A stretch of DNA of 64,000 bases from Fidelibacterota bacterium (GTDB lineage Bacteria; Fidelibacterota; UBA8477; JABMPR01). The position numbers were made by a program, and so were the translations under genes. This document shows, one piece after another, positions 1 to 9,210 of this stretch (the first letter of the stretch is position 1; each line of letters starts with the position of its first letter). Location: contig JABHBL010000096.1 of assembly GCA_018673925.1 (NCBI GenBank), positions 84,071 to 148,070 on the forward strand, read 5' to 3'. The notes beneath the pieces are model-generated. The model did no database searches. It saw only the letters and a list, made by a program, of their open reading frames with translations, and was not told where the DNA came from.

Positions 1-67
1 ACAGGTTACCAATTCAATACTGCATATCTGCAGGATAGACAAAGAGGGGTGAATTGCTGTCCAGAAA

Positions 68-700
68 TTAAGGATGGATAATTCGGGGTGGAGCCATTTT
101 TGCCGTACGATAAGCACCATAAAAATCGGCTAACCAGAAAAGGGTCATAATACTGGCATTTATCCCGGTCATAATGGGGTTCTCCGCCTGGTAATGATTA
201 TAGGTGTTGAGACCGAAACCAGCTACAAGAATGAAACTGAACAGGCCATCAACTGGGTGTCCTGCATAGGCACGCCCCATACCAGGAATAATAGATAATG
301 AAGTTGCAAGGAGGGGATTTTTACCCGGCTTGGGCTCCCTGACCCACTTCAGAGGATCCACCAACCGTCCATCATATTGGATTCTTGCATTGGGGAGTTG
401 CACGTGATAGTGCCTCGCAGCTGAGTTGCATCGGATAATCCGATCTGTACCAATCACTACTCCGGGTAAGACACCTTTGTCAAGGATAGCTGCAACCATA
501 AAATTGGAACATGATTTTTCGAATTGACAGTTCAAGGCGGTTGATTCATAACTGAAATGCTGCCAGGATTGAATGGGCTTGAGTAGTGCTCTTTGAGCAA
601 AGCTAAGGGAGTCCTGAGCATATAGTGAATCAAGAGGCGTCATCTCTTGGGCGCAAACTATTTGCGTAAAAAGAATGAAGGGTAGTAGGGCTGATCTCAA
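68..700 (-). CDS. Secreted/membrane protein with N-terminal YidD-like (haemolytic-domain, PF01809-like) region fused to a C-terminal hydrophobic domain
   Basis: N-terminal signal peptide MRSALLPFILFTQIVCA. The segment WQHFSYESTALNCQFEKSCSNFMVAAILDKGVLPGVVIGTDRIIRCN matches the YidD pattern (YQ..ISP...CRF.P(T/S)CS.Y...A....G...G....R..RCHP). The C-terminal half is hydrophobic and Gly-rich (GMGRAYAGHPVDGLFSFILVAGFG). Confidence 0.45.
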   Translation of the reverse strand: MRSALLPFILFTQIVCAQEMTPLDSLYAQDSLSFAQRALLKPIQSWQHFSYESTALNCQFEKSCSNFMVAAILDKGVLPGVVIGTDRIIRCNSAARHYHVQLPNARIQYDGRLVDPLKWVREPKPGKNPLLATSLSIIPGMGRAYAGHPVDGLFSFILVAGFGLNTYNHYQAENPIMTGINASIMTLFWLADFYGAYRTAKMAPPRIIHP

Positions 701-741
701 TCTTATGGGTTAACTCGCAATTGTATTCCCATGAATCTGCA

Positions 742-1485
742 TTAGCGATTCAGGGTGGTATGCAATCGAGTAAAAAAATCAATAAAGAATTGCTGATCTT
801 GCACAGGGCCTGTTGCAACAAGACTGGGACCTTCGAAATGTTCTCCTTGCACAGTTAAACGAACCCGTGTTTGCTGGAGAGAAAGTTCTTCAAGATTGAT
901 GGTCATGATGTAGGTATACGAATCGGCACTTGATGGACCAGAATCACTGGAACCAAATATCGACCAGCTAGAATCATGGTGGTGTGAGCGGGATCTGTGG
1001 GAACGCCGTGATGGTGGACGCCGATTGTCGTTCTCGTCGTCATCATCTTCATCTTCATCGTCGTCATCAAATGCATCAAACATCCAGGCTATAAATAAGC
1101 CAACGACGGCCATGGTACCTGCTATCAAACAGAAGGTTCCAAGCTCACTTTCCAAATCGTTTTCCCCAGCAGTTTCTCGACTTATGGGTGCTAGTAAACG
1201 TTCCGAAGTTCTACTAGCCGTCATGATTCCCAAACCCATGTCAACATTGCCCAGCGTATAATGCATTTCCTGAAGGACAACGCTCACCGCTTTAGCAACT
1301 TCTTCAGGACTGCCATTGAAATCCCGGGTTTGAAGTACACGCGCTTGCTCCGGAGTGAGCTCAGTAGGTCTGTAACTACACCCTGACATGATAAATGACA
1401 GGTATATAATAAGTAGCCAGCTGGCTCCTCGTGAGAACCGATTCGTTGATTTTGTTTTCATAAGGTATCTCCCTTCCATGTCCAT
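742..1485 (-). CDS. Lipoprotein with acidic (D/E) and His/Arg/Ser-rich low-complexity tract
   Basis: Lipobox-like LSFIMSGC after a basic n-region (MKTKSTNRFSRGASWLLIIY). The real start is probably the internal Met near 1461. An internal DAFDDDDEDEDDDDENDNRRPPSRRSHRSRSHHHDSS tract is encoded by a GTC/ATC codon-repeat DNA at about 1021-1075. Confidence 0.45.
   Translation of the reverse strand: MDMEGRYLMKTKSTNRFSRGASWLLIIYLSFIMSGCSYRPTELTPEQARVLQTRDFNGSPEEVAKAVSVVLQEMHYTLGNVDMGLGIMTASRTSERLLAPISRETAGENDLESELGTFCLIAGTMAVVGLFIAWMFDAFDDDDEDEDDDDENDNRRPPSRRSHRSRSHHHDSSWSIFGSSDSGPSSADSYTYIMTINLEELSLQQTRVRLTVQGEHFEGPSLVATGPVQDQQFFIDFFTRLHTTLNR
1021..1075. repeat. Simple codon-level repeat (GTC/ATC/TTC)n encoding the poly-Asp/Glu tract
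   Basis: tcgttctcgtcgtcatcatcttcatcttcatcgtcgtcatca seen directly in the sequence. On the plus strand it yields a spurious poly-Ser ORF. Confidence 0.5.
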
Positions 1486-1601
1486 AAGCCAGGATATGTT
1501 CCCCTGGGGGATCCATTTTTCTGCTTTACACCCTAAGCATAAATCTTAATTTGATATTAGCAAAGGATAATTATCATAAAATATTATTGTAAGGTCTTAT
1601 C

Positions 1602-2567
1602 ATGTATATAAGAACTATTGTGTTTATAAGCATTGTAATGGTATTAATAGGTTGTTCACCTGATAGGACTGGGACCGTTAACGAGGAGGATTCTCAAATG
1701 CACGATTTCGATAAATTATGGAATTACAATGAACCGGGTGAAACCGAGCAGAAATTCAGAGCTGTTTTGACTAATTCAAATGATCAAGAGAATGCAGAAT
1801 ATGTGCTTGAGTTGAAAACTCAGATTTCCCGCACTCTGGGTCTTCAGCAAAAATTTGAAGAAGCGCACAAATTATTGGATCAAGTTGAAGCTGAGATGAA
1901 ACCTGAATATCCCATTGCTAAGATTCGCTATATGTTAGAACGGGGGAGGGCATTCAATTCATCTGGAAAGAAAGAAGAATCACTTCCTCTGTTTTTAGAA
2001 GCCTGGGAGCTGGGTGTAGAAGTAAAAGCTGACTTTTATGCCGTGGATGCTGCCCACATGCTGGGTATTGCTGCACCACAGGATCAGCAATTGCTCTGGA
2101 ATGAAAAGGCCATGGATTTGGCCGAAAACAGTCCTGATATAAGAGCTCAGGGATGGTTGGGTTCTCTATACAACAATATTGGCTGGACCTATCATGATGC
2201 GCAGGAATATGAAAAAGCTCTGGCAATTTTTCTCAAAGCTCTGGAATGGCGTGCAGCTCACGAACAGGTCATAGAAACCCAAATCGCAAAATGGTGTGTG
2301 GCAAGGACCCATCGCTCCCTGGGCCATGTTGACAAAGCACTTGCAATGCAATATGCTCTTGAAAAAGAGATGCAGACAGCTGGTCAAGATGAAGATGGTT
2401 ATGTCTCAGAAGAGATCGCAGAATGTCTCACCCTCCAGGAAAAACCTCAGGAGGCAGCACCTTATTTTTTGAAAGCCTGGACAATTCTATCCCAGGATAT
2501 CTGGCTCAAACAGAATGAAGCAGACCGTCTAAGTAGATTACAGAAGTTAGGATCTATCAAACCCTAA
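1602..2567 (+). CDS. Lipoprotein, probable TPR-like helical repeat protein
   Basis: Signal plus lipobox (VLIGCSPD). The rest is a helical, repeat-like protein with no catalytic motifs recognised. Confidence 0.35.
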   Translation: MYIRTIVFISIVMVLIGCSPDRTGTVNEEDSQMHDFDKLWNYNEPGETEQKFRAVLTNSNDQENAEYVLELKTQISRTLGLQQKFEEAHKLLDQVEAEMKPEYPIAKIRYMLERGRAFNSSGKKEESLPLFLEAWELGVEVKADFYAVDAAHMLGIAAPQDQQLLWNEKAMDLAENSPDIRAQGWLGSLYNNIGWTYHDAQEYEKALAIFLKALEWRAAHEQVIETQIAKWCVARTHRSLGHVDKALAMQYALEKEMQTAGQDEDGYVSEEIAECLTLQEKPQEAAPYFLKAWTILSQDIWLKQNEADRLSRLQKLGSIKP

Positions 2568-2653
2568 TTCGTCCTTGTGAGCCTTGAAGGCGGTCTTTCC
2601 TACATAGTGAAGACTCCAGTTTGATGTAGTCGAATACATCATATTTTCAGCCC

Positions 2654-3214
2654 ATGATCCTACTCATCGATAATTACGATTCATTTACCTATAACCTTTA
2701 CCAACAGGTATCAAGTTTTGGGCAAAAGGTTGTTGTTAAGAAAAATGATGATCTCACTATAGATGCTATAACTGCTCTTAAACCTGAGCGGATTATTCTC
2801 GGTCCGGGACCCAAAACACCTGCAGCCTCAGGTATCTGTATTCCACTTATCAAGGAGTTCTCTGTCCACACTCCCATCCTGGGAATCTGTCTGGGGCACC
2901 AATGCCTGGCAGTTGCCAATGGAAAATCGGTGGTTCAAGCTAATCGACTTGTTTATGGAAAAACTACCACGATAACCACGAAGGCTTCCAGGATCATGGC
3001 CGATCTGGATTCATCCTTTGAGGTGGCTCGTTATCACTCCTTGGTGATTGATGGTGTACCCTCAGGCTTTCAGGCGACTTCTCATGATGCTTCCGGAGAT
3101 ATCATGTCTATGGAACATGTGCACTTGCCCATTTTTGGCTTACAGTTTCATCCCGAATCCTTTTTAATGATGAATACGGGTAACCGAATCATCGAAAAAT
3201 TTCTGGCACTCTGA
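2654..3214 (+). CDS. pabA: Aminodeoxychorismate/anthranilate synthase component II (class I glutamine amidotransferase)
   Basis: MILLIDNYDSFTYNLYQ start, catalytic Cys in GICLGHQ and His in FHPES. The stop overlaps the start of the downstream component I gene. No other trp genes are adjacent, so pabA is favoured over trpG. Confidence 0.8.
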   Translation: MILLIDNYDSFTYNLYQQVSSFGQKVVVKKNDDLTIDAITALKPERIILGPGPKTPAASGICIPLIKEFSVHTPILGICLGHQCLAVANGKSVVQANRLVYGKTTTITTKASRIMADLDSSFEVARYHSLVIDGVPSGFQATSHDASGDIMSMEHVHLPIFGLQFHPESFLMMNTGNRIIEKFLAL

Positions 3215-3215
3215 T

Positions 3216-4394
3216 ATGATCAAGGAACAACTATGGTCGCGGGTATCCCAGGCAGATAGCACCTGTTTTCGAACTGATGGTGACGGCACACCCATGTGGC
3301 GTGATCTATTGGCCTCTGACCCCATCTCAGGCTTCGTACTGCTGGATATCGCTGAGTTACCTGCTTTGCTGGACTTTCTAGAAGTGAATCAGGATAAACT
3401 ATGCAGTGGGTATTTCAGTTATGATCTGGGGATGGCACTGCAGGGTTTAACCAGCCGGCACACGAGACAGGTCCCCCTGGCTATCATACATGCATATGAT
3501 CATTGGGTGGAGTACCATCAGGGACAGCCAAATTATGTGGGATTTAACCAGCCAGATTCTGTTATTGAAGAACCAGATATGGACTCATCTGCATCAATAG
3601 AGTTCATATCCACTATTTCAGAAGCAAGCTATGAAAGCACCATTGCCCGCATTCACGAATACATTCGTGCAGGCGATTTCTATCAGCTCAATTTCACACA
3701 ACAGCTGCTGGGGAAGACCAGTGATCCTATTTCTTATGCTTCAATACTTAAAAAACACCCTGCCGCCTATGCCATGGCCATGGATTGTGATGAACTGAAG
3801 ATCACTTCACTCTCACCGGAATTATTCCTACATCATGCGGATGGGATCCTGACCACGGAACCCATCAAGGGGACCCGTCCCCGAGGAGCCACTCAACAGG
3901 AAGATGATGCGCATCGTCAGGAGCTGATGAGTAGTGAAAAGGAACAGGCTGAATTATTCATGATCACAGACCTCCTCAGGAATGATCTGGGAAAAGTTAG
4001 TGAGATCGGTAGCATCGCTCTTGAAGCCGTCAAGGACATGCGAAAACTTCCTAAAGTCTGGCACACCTATTCTAGAATCTCTGGACGCCTTAGACAGGAC
4101 CTCAAACCCGTTGATGCTCTGCTATCCATGTTGCCAGGAGGATCAATCACAGGCTGTCCCAAAAAACACGCGATGGAAATCATTGACGAGTTGGAAGATG
4201 CTTCCAGAGGTGTTTATACCGGTTCCATGGGTTATTTCCATCCCGATGGAGACTTCAGTTTTAATATTGCCATTCGAACCCTGGTTCAACAGGATTCAAA
4301 AATATCTCTGGGTTCAGGTGGGGGGATTACCATTGATTCAAAATGGGCTGAGGAATGGGAAGAGCTCCTGGTAAAAGCTTCGACATTTAAATAA
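3216..4394 (+). CDS. pabB: Aminodeoxychorismate synthase component I (chorismate-binding enzyme), minimal-length form
   Basis: Chorismate-binding motifs SPELFL, PIKGT, GSMGYFHPDGDFSFNIAIRT and GSGGGITIDS are present. The ATG lies 2 nt after the pabA stop (translational coupling). Confidence 0.75.
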   Translation: MIKEQLWSRVSQADSTCFRTDGDGTPMWRDLLASDPISGFVLLDIAELPALLDFLEVNQDKLCSGYFSYDLGMALQGLTSRHTRQVPLAIIHAYDHWVEYHQGQPNYVGFNQPDSVIEEPDMDSSASIEFISTISEASYESTIARIHEYIRAGDFYQLNFTQQLLGKTSDPISYASILKKHPAAYAMAMDCDELKITSLSPELFLHHADGILTTEPIKGTRPRGATQQEDDAHRQELMSSEKEQAELFMITDLLRNDLGKVSEIGSIALEAVKDMRKLPKVWHTYSRISGRLRQDLKPVDALLSMLPGGSITGCPKKHAMEIIDELEDASRGVYTGSMGYFHPDGDFSFNIAIRTLVQQDSKISLGSGGGITIDSKWAEEWEELLVKASTFK

Positions 4395-4472
4395 TTCTTT
4401 AGTTTAGGTTCCTTGTGACTTGTTTTGTGCAATTGCACTCATAGATTTCATCCTCAATATCGAGGGGATCTT

Positions 4473-6443
4473 ATGCATAGAGTAACAATAAAACTTTTAC
4501 TGATCATGTTAAGCAGTGTTCATGTTCAGGCACAAATGTGGCAGCAAAATGACCTGATATTTAATCCCAGCGGAGTCCCTTCTCTTCCTTTTTCCCAACC
4601 TCGCTTCGCTGATCTGGACGATGATCAGGATATGGATATGATATTGGGAAACATCAATGGTCCACCACTTTATTTTGAGAATACAGGATCCGTGACCTCT
4701 CCACATTTCCAGCCCGGTGACGACCTCTTTGATTCCGTTCAAGAACTGGACTGTGAAATAGGCGTGTGTAGCGACCTGGATGCAGATGGTGATCTGGATT
4801 TTATTAGTGGTGGATATACCGGACTACAATTCTACGAAAATACAGGCACATCAATGGCTGCTATGTTTGAAAAGGTGGATGGGTTCTTTGATGGACTAAG
4901 TCTTGATCCAAATCCTGTACCACATTTTGCAGATATGGATAATGATGGTGATGTTGATATGGTAATTGGGCTTAGCGAATCGGGAGCCATCAACTACTAC
5001 CAAAATTTTGGGAACCCTGAAACAGCCATATTCTTGGGAGGGACTGAAGAATCCTGGTTTGATGTAGGATTGTATGCTTATCCCTGGTTTTCAGATATGG
5101 ATGCAGACGGAGACTCAGATCTCTTTGTGGGTCGTGATGGATATGGATTTTACTATTATCAAAATGTGGGAAACAGTGAAGCTTGGACGTGGAATAATGC
5201 GAGTTCACAATTCGCAGGACTTGGTGGTTCAACCTATTGGAATTCACCCTGCCTGGTGGACCTTACAGGTGATGGCAAGCAGGACCTGGTACATGGAACA
5301 GCTTCCGGTCCGCTCAGATATTACCGTAATACAGGCTCCCTGACAACGGCCTCCTGGTCTGAAGTTACCTCATTATTTGGCGGTGTCATCGATGTAGGTG
5401 GTGCCAGCAACCCGGTTTTTATCGATTTTGACCATGATGGTGATTTTGATATGCTTAGTGGCAGTCAGATGGGTGATATTAAGTATTATGAAAATACTGG
5501 TAATGTTTCAGGACCTGCCTGGTCCGCCAACCATAGTCGATTCAGCAGTATTGACCACTCCATCTATTCAGCAGTTACTGCAGGGGATCTGGATGGAGAT
5601 GGGGACTATGATCTGGTTGTGGGTGATCTCAGTGGTAACCTTTATTACCATCAGAACACGGGAACCTCTTTTGGCTTTGTAACATCTGAATTCACAGGAA
5701 TCAATGTAGGTGGTTGGTCAAGCCCAAGATTGTACGACATAGATTCGGATAATGATCTGGACTTGTGTGTTGGGCGGGAAGATGGACAAATTTCATACTA
5801 TGAAAATACTGGGACAGCCACATCAGCCGCTTGGACAGAGAATGCATCATATTTTTCTGGAATTGATGTGGGTAGTAATGCTGTGGTCGCTCTGGGAGAT
5901 GTAAACAATGATGCTTACCTGGACATGGTGATTGGCGATCTTTTCAGCGAAGTACAATTTTTTACCCGGGTTGGTGGAGTCTGGGAAGAAGTGTTTGATG
6001 ATGAATGGACAAGTGATCTCGATTTAGGTCAGAATGTAACCCCAGCTTTCGTCAATCTTATTGGTGGCACTAATATTGACCTGGTCGTTGGGAATTATGA
6101 CGGTACGCTTCAATACTACGAGAACCTAATAATGAGTAGTGTAGAAGATGGCAATCTATTACCCAATGTTTCCTCATTACAACCTGCCTATCCCAATCCC
6201 TTTAATCCTGCAGTTACCATTCATTATGAGCTCAATAACACCATGCATACCACTCTCACCATTTACGATTTAAAAGGTGTCTGGATCAAAACTCTGTGGA
6301 ATAAGACCCAGGTATTTGGCACTCATGAGCTGGAATGGACTGGTCTCAATGGGCAGGGATTGCAGGTTGATTCAGGTGTCTATCTTGTGGTTCTCAAAGC
6401 GGATGGGATAAGACAAACTCAAAAAATTACGTATTTGAAGTAA
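4473..6443 (+). CDS. Secreted FG-GAP/VCBS-repeat beta-propeller protein with T9SS C-terminal sorting domain
   Basis: Signal peptide MHRVTIKLLLIMLSSVHVQAQ. There are about 10 FG-GAP-like repeats (DLDADGDLDFISG, DMDADGDSDLFVG, DLDGDGDYDLVVG, YENTG/YQNVG). The C-terminal type-A CTD reads YPNPFNPAVTIHYEL...TIYDLKG...WNGLNGQG...SGVYLVVLKADG...KITYLK. Confidence 0.75.
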   Translation: MHRVTIKLLLIMLSSVHVQAQMWQQNDLIFNPSGVPSLPFSQPRFADLDDDQDMDMILGNINGPPLYFENTGSVTSPHFQPGDDLFDSVQELDCEIGVCSDLDADGDLDFISGGYTGLQFYENTGTSMAAMFEKVDGFFDGLSLDPNPVPHFADMDNDGDVDMVIGLSESGAINYYQNFGNPETAIFLGGTEESWFDVGLYAYPWFSDMDADGDSDLFVGRDGYGFYYYQNVGNSEAWTWNNASSQFAGLGGSTYWNSPCLVDLTGDGKQDLVHGTASGPLRYYRNTGSLTTASWSEVTSLFGGVIDVGGASNPVFIDFDHDGDFDMLSGSQMGDIKYYENTGNVSGPAWSANHSRFSSIDHSIYSAVTAGDLDGDGDYDLVVGDLSGNLYYHQNTGTSFGFVTSEFTGINVGGWSSPRLYDIDSDNDLDLCVGREDGQISYYENTGTATSAAWTENASYFSGIDVGSNAVVALGDVNNDAYLDMVIGDLFSEVQFFTRVGGVWEEVFDDEWTSDLDLGQNVTPAFVNLIGGTNIDLVVGNYDGTLQYYENLIMSSVEDGNLLPNVSSLQPAYPNPFNPAVTIHYELNNTMHTTLTIYDLKGVWIKTLWNKTQVFGTHELEWTGLNGQGLQVDSGVYLVVLKADGIRQTQKITYLK

Positions 6444-6483
6444 AAAAAAGAGCCCCGACGTGTCTGTCAGGGCTCTTTTTTTA
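6442..6483. terminator. Bidirectional rho-independent terminator between convergent genes
   Basis: A8-GAGCCC-(14 nt loop)-GGGCTC-T8: GC-rich stem flanked by an A-run and a T-run. Confidence 0.7.
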
Positions 6484-6514
6484 TGAAACCTGTTTGGCTT
6501 CGTGAAAACAGGTT

Positions 6515-7261
6515 TTAGGTAAGATCCATTTCATTCACAGCGACCTTTACTCCAGAATTCATCTTGCGACGAATATAGGAGAAGACCTCCAGGAGAGGCA
6601 GATCCTTGGGACAGACGTCATCGCAGGCCATCATACCGATACAGCCAAAGACTCCAATATCAGTTGAGACCAATTCAAACCATTCCTGTTCGCCACGAGT
6701 ATCCCGGGGATCAAACATAAAACGACCGATGCGGTTCAACCCAGCTGCACCGAGGAAATCTGGATAAACCTGGGCTGTGGCACAGGCTGCTACACAGCAA
6801 CCACACTCGATACAGCGTTCAGATTCATAGATTTTATTGGCAGTTGCATTGTCCATACGTTCTTCTTCTGCAGTTGGATCAAATTCCTTAGTTGTATGAA
6901 TCCATGATTCCAGGCGTTTGGCCATATCATGAAACCAGACTCCAGTATCAACGGAAAGATCACCGAGGAGCTTAAAGAAGGGCAGTGGGTATAATTCAAT
7001 GGTATCCGCCAGATCAGCTGTAAGCGTTCGACAAGCCAGTGTGGGTCGCCCGTTGATCATCATGGCACAGGAGCCACAAATACCAGCACGACATACAAAA
7101 TCATACATGAGGTCTGGAGCTTGTTTCTCTCTGATTCGATGAAGTGCAGTAAATAGATTTAAGCGAGGAGTTTCCTCCAGTTCAAAGGTTTCGATATGCG
7201 GCTCATCATTCTCTTTGGTGGGGTTATATCTGAATATTTTAAATGTCAGGGTACGTGCCAT
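6515..7261 (-). CDS. frdB: Succinate dehydrogenase/fumarate reductase iron-sulfur subunit
   Basis: 2Fe-2S motif CRAGICGSC...C, 4Fe-4S CIECGCCVAAC and 3Fe-4S CIGMMACDDVCP are all present. Overlaps the flavoprotein gene by 1 nt (TAATG). Confidence 0.9.
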   Translation of the reverse strand: MARTLTFKIFRYNPTKENDEPHIETFELEETPRLNLFTALHRIREKQAPDLMYDFVCRAGICGSCAMMINGRPTLACRTLTADLADTIELYPLPFFKLLGDLSVDTGVWFHDMAKRLESWIHTTKEFDPTAEEERMDNATANKIYESERCIECGCCVAACATAQVYPDFLGAAGLNRIGRFMFDPRDTRGEQEWFELVSTDIGVFGCIGMMACDDVCPKDLPLLEVFSYIRRKMNSGVKVAVNEMDLT

Positions 7262-9210
7262 TATTTTGCATCCTTATAGGGTGATTCTTCACGCCAGGCT
7301 TCTTTAGGGAGTTTAACTCCAATAGGTTCACTTGTTGCATGTTTACCCAGCGCATTTTGCTCGGCATCGACCTTGGCATTGTATTCCTCAAGACTAAGAT
7401 CCATATCGATCATCTGTCCCCCACCATATCCACGGTCGCCAGGGGGCAAATCAAGTTGCCCTACTGGTTCATAATTAAACTCAGGTTCATCGGCGCCAAT
7501 TTTCCATGATGCCAGGGTTCTGTTCAACCAGTTCTTATCGTCTCTGGCTGGATAGTCTTCACGCGTATGAGCCCCTCGAGATTCAGTCCGGAGGAGTGCC
7601 CCTTTAGCGATGATATAGGCTTGTTTTGCCATGCCTTCTATACGAAGGGCCTGGGAGAGTTCAGGATTCATACCTGGCGCTTGCGCCTTGACTCTCACAT
7701 TCTTCAGACGACCAAGAATTCCCTTAAGACCGGTGACAGCTTTTTCAAGACCTTCCCCAGTTCTGAAAATGTGAACATGATCTTTCAGCAAATCGGCCAT
7801 TTCATCACGGAGGGCATATACATCCTCTGTCCCTGAGTTGGTGAGAAGATGCTGTATAAGATCAGTTTGCTCCTTGCAGAATTTCTCAGCGAGGGAGACA
7901 TTGGCATTCAGTTCTGCGGTTTTTGCATAGTCTGCAATCTTATTGCCAACAACCATACCGGCTACCACGGTTTCAGCAAGGGAGTTACCACCCAAACGGT
8001 TAAAACCATGCATATCCCAGCAGGCAACTTCACCCAATGCAAATAGACCCTTCATACCATAGGCATGACCATCTTTGTTTACACGAATACCACCCATGGA
8101 ATAATGTTGAGTAGGACGTACGGGGATGAGCTCCTTAATGGGGTTTACACCAATGAAAAACATACAGATGTCGTAGACTTCACGGAGCTTGGTGGTGAGA
8201 TGCTTTTCTCCAAGATGACGTAGATCCAACCAGAGGTGTTCACCATAGGATGATTGAACACCCTTGCCCTTTAAAATGTGTTGTTTCATTCTACGGGAAA
8301 CAACATCGCGAGAAGCCAATTCCTGTTTTTCAGGTTCGTATTCAGGCATAAATCTATATTCATCCACATCCAGGAGGAGTCCACCATCACCACGACAACC
8401 TTCTGTTACCAGAATATCGGTGGGAACAATGCCTGTGGGATGAAACTGAACCGCTTCCATATTGCCCAGCGGGACCAGTCCAGTCTGGAGTGCCAACCAG
8501 GATCCAGTTCCCTCGTTGATAATGGCATTGGTTGATTCACCATAAAGTCGTCCATATCCGCCGGTTGCAATGGCGGTGGCTTTTGATATATAGGCCACCA
8601 ATTCACCATCGCGCAGGGAGCGAACAATAGCACCAATACAGACACCATCTTCATGGATCAAACTCAATGCTTCCATTCGATCATGGATGGTGATATCTAG
8701 CTGGACAGCCAGATTATCCATGGCGTATAGTACGGTGTGTCCAGTTCCGTCAGCAGTATAACAGGTCCGCCATTTTGCTGTACCGCCGAAATCACGTGCG
8801 GTAATGAGACCTTCATTTGCATCATCTTCAACGATGGTGGTTTTCTTACCCTTGATGTAGACATCTCGTGGACCACCTTCGACTCGATTCCAAGGCACTC
8901 CAAAATGAGCCATTTCGCGCATGGCGATGGGAGCATTGTCGGCAAAAATGCGGGCGACTTCCTGATCAGCGCCCCAGTCTGAACCTTTGACAGTATCTAA
9001 CCAATGAACCGTCGGGTTATCACCCTTGCCCTTAACGGAGTTACCCAGAGAGGCTTGCATACCACCCTGAGCCGCAGCTGAGTGACTTCTCCGTGGCGGG
9101 ACCAGAGACAACATGGTAACATCCAGACCAGCCTGTGCACTGGCGATGGCGGCGCGTTCACCAGCTAAACCGGCACCTATAATGAGAACATCAGTAGTCA
9201 GTACCTTCAT
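7261..9210 (-). CDS. frdA: Succinate dehydrogenase/fumarate reductase flavoprotein subunit
   Basis: FAD fold DVLIIGAGLAGERAA, FAD-attachment HYSMGG and active site HTREDYP. Length 649 aa fits the Bacteroidetes-type FrdA. ATGA overlap with the upstream cytochrome b gene. Confidence 0.9.
   Translation of the reverse strand: MKVLTTDVLIIGAGLAGERAAIASAQAGLDVTMLSLVPPRRSHSAAAQGGMQASLGNSVKGKGDNPTVHWLDTVKGSDWGADQEVARIFADNAPIAMREMAHFGVPWNRVEGGPRDVYIKGKKTTIVEDDANEGLITARDFGGTAKWRTCYTADGTGHTVLYAMDNLAVQLDITIHDRMEALSLIHEDGVCIGAIVRSLRDGELVAYISKATAIATGGYGRLYGESTNAIINEGTGSWLALQTGLVPLGNMEAVQFHPTGIVPTDILVTEGCRGDGGLLLDVDEYRFMPEYEPEKQELASRDVVSRRMKQHILKGKGVQSSYGEHLWLDLRHLGEKHLTTKLREVYDICMFFIGVNPIKELIPVRPTQHYSMGGIRVNKDGHAYGMKGLFALGEVACWDMHGFNRLGGNSLAETVVAGMVVGNKIADYAKTAELNANVSLAEKFCKEQTDLIQHLLTNSGTEDVYALRDEMADLLKDHVHIFRTGEGLEKAVTGLKGILGRLKNVRVKAQAPGMNPELSQALRIEGMAKQAYIIAKGALLRTESRGAHTREDYPARDDKNWLNRTLASWKIGADEPEFNYEPVGQLDLPPGDRGYGGGQMIDMDLSLEEYNAKVDAEQNALGKHATSEPIGVKLPKEAWREESPYKDAK

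Noticed and set aside
1025-1261. 78-aa ORF beginning MSFSSSSSSSSSSSSNASN on the plus strand
   Set aside because: It is antisense to the poly-Asp/Glu tract of the 742-1485 lipoprotein gene. This is a low-complexity mirror artefact, not a gene.
3982-4374. 130-aa ORF in an alternative frame inside pabB
   Set aside because: Fully nested in a well-supported CDS and has no motifs.
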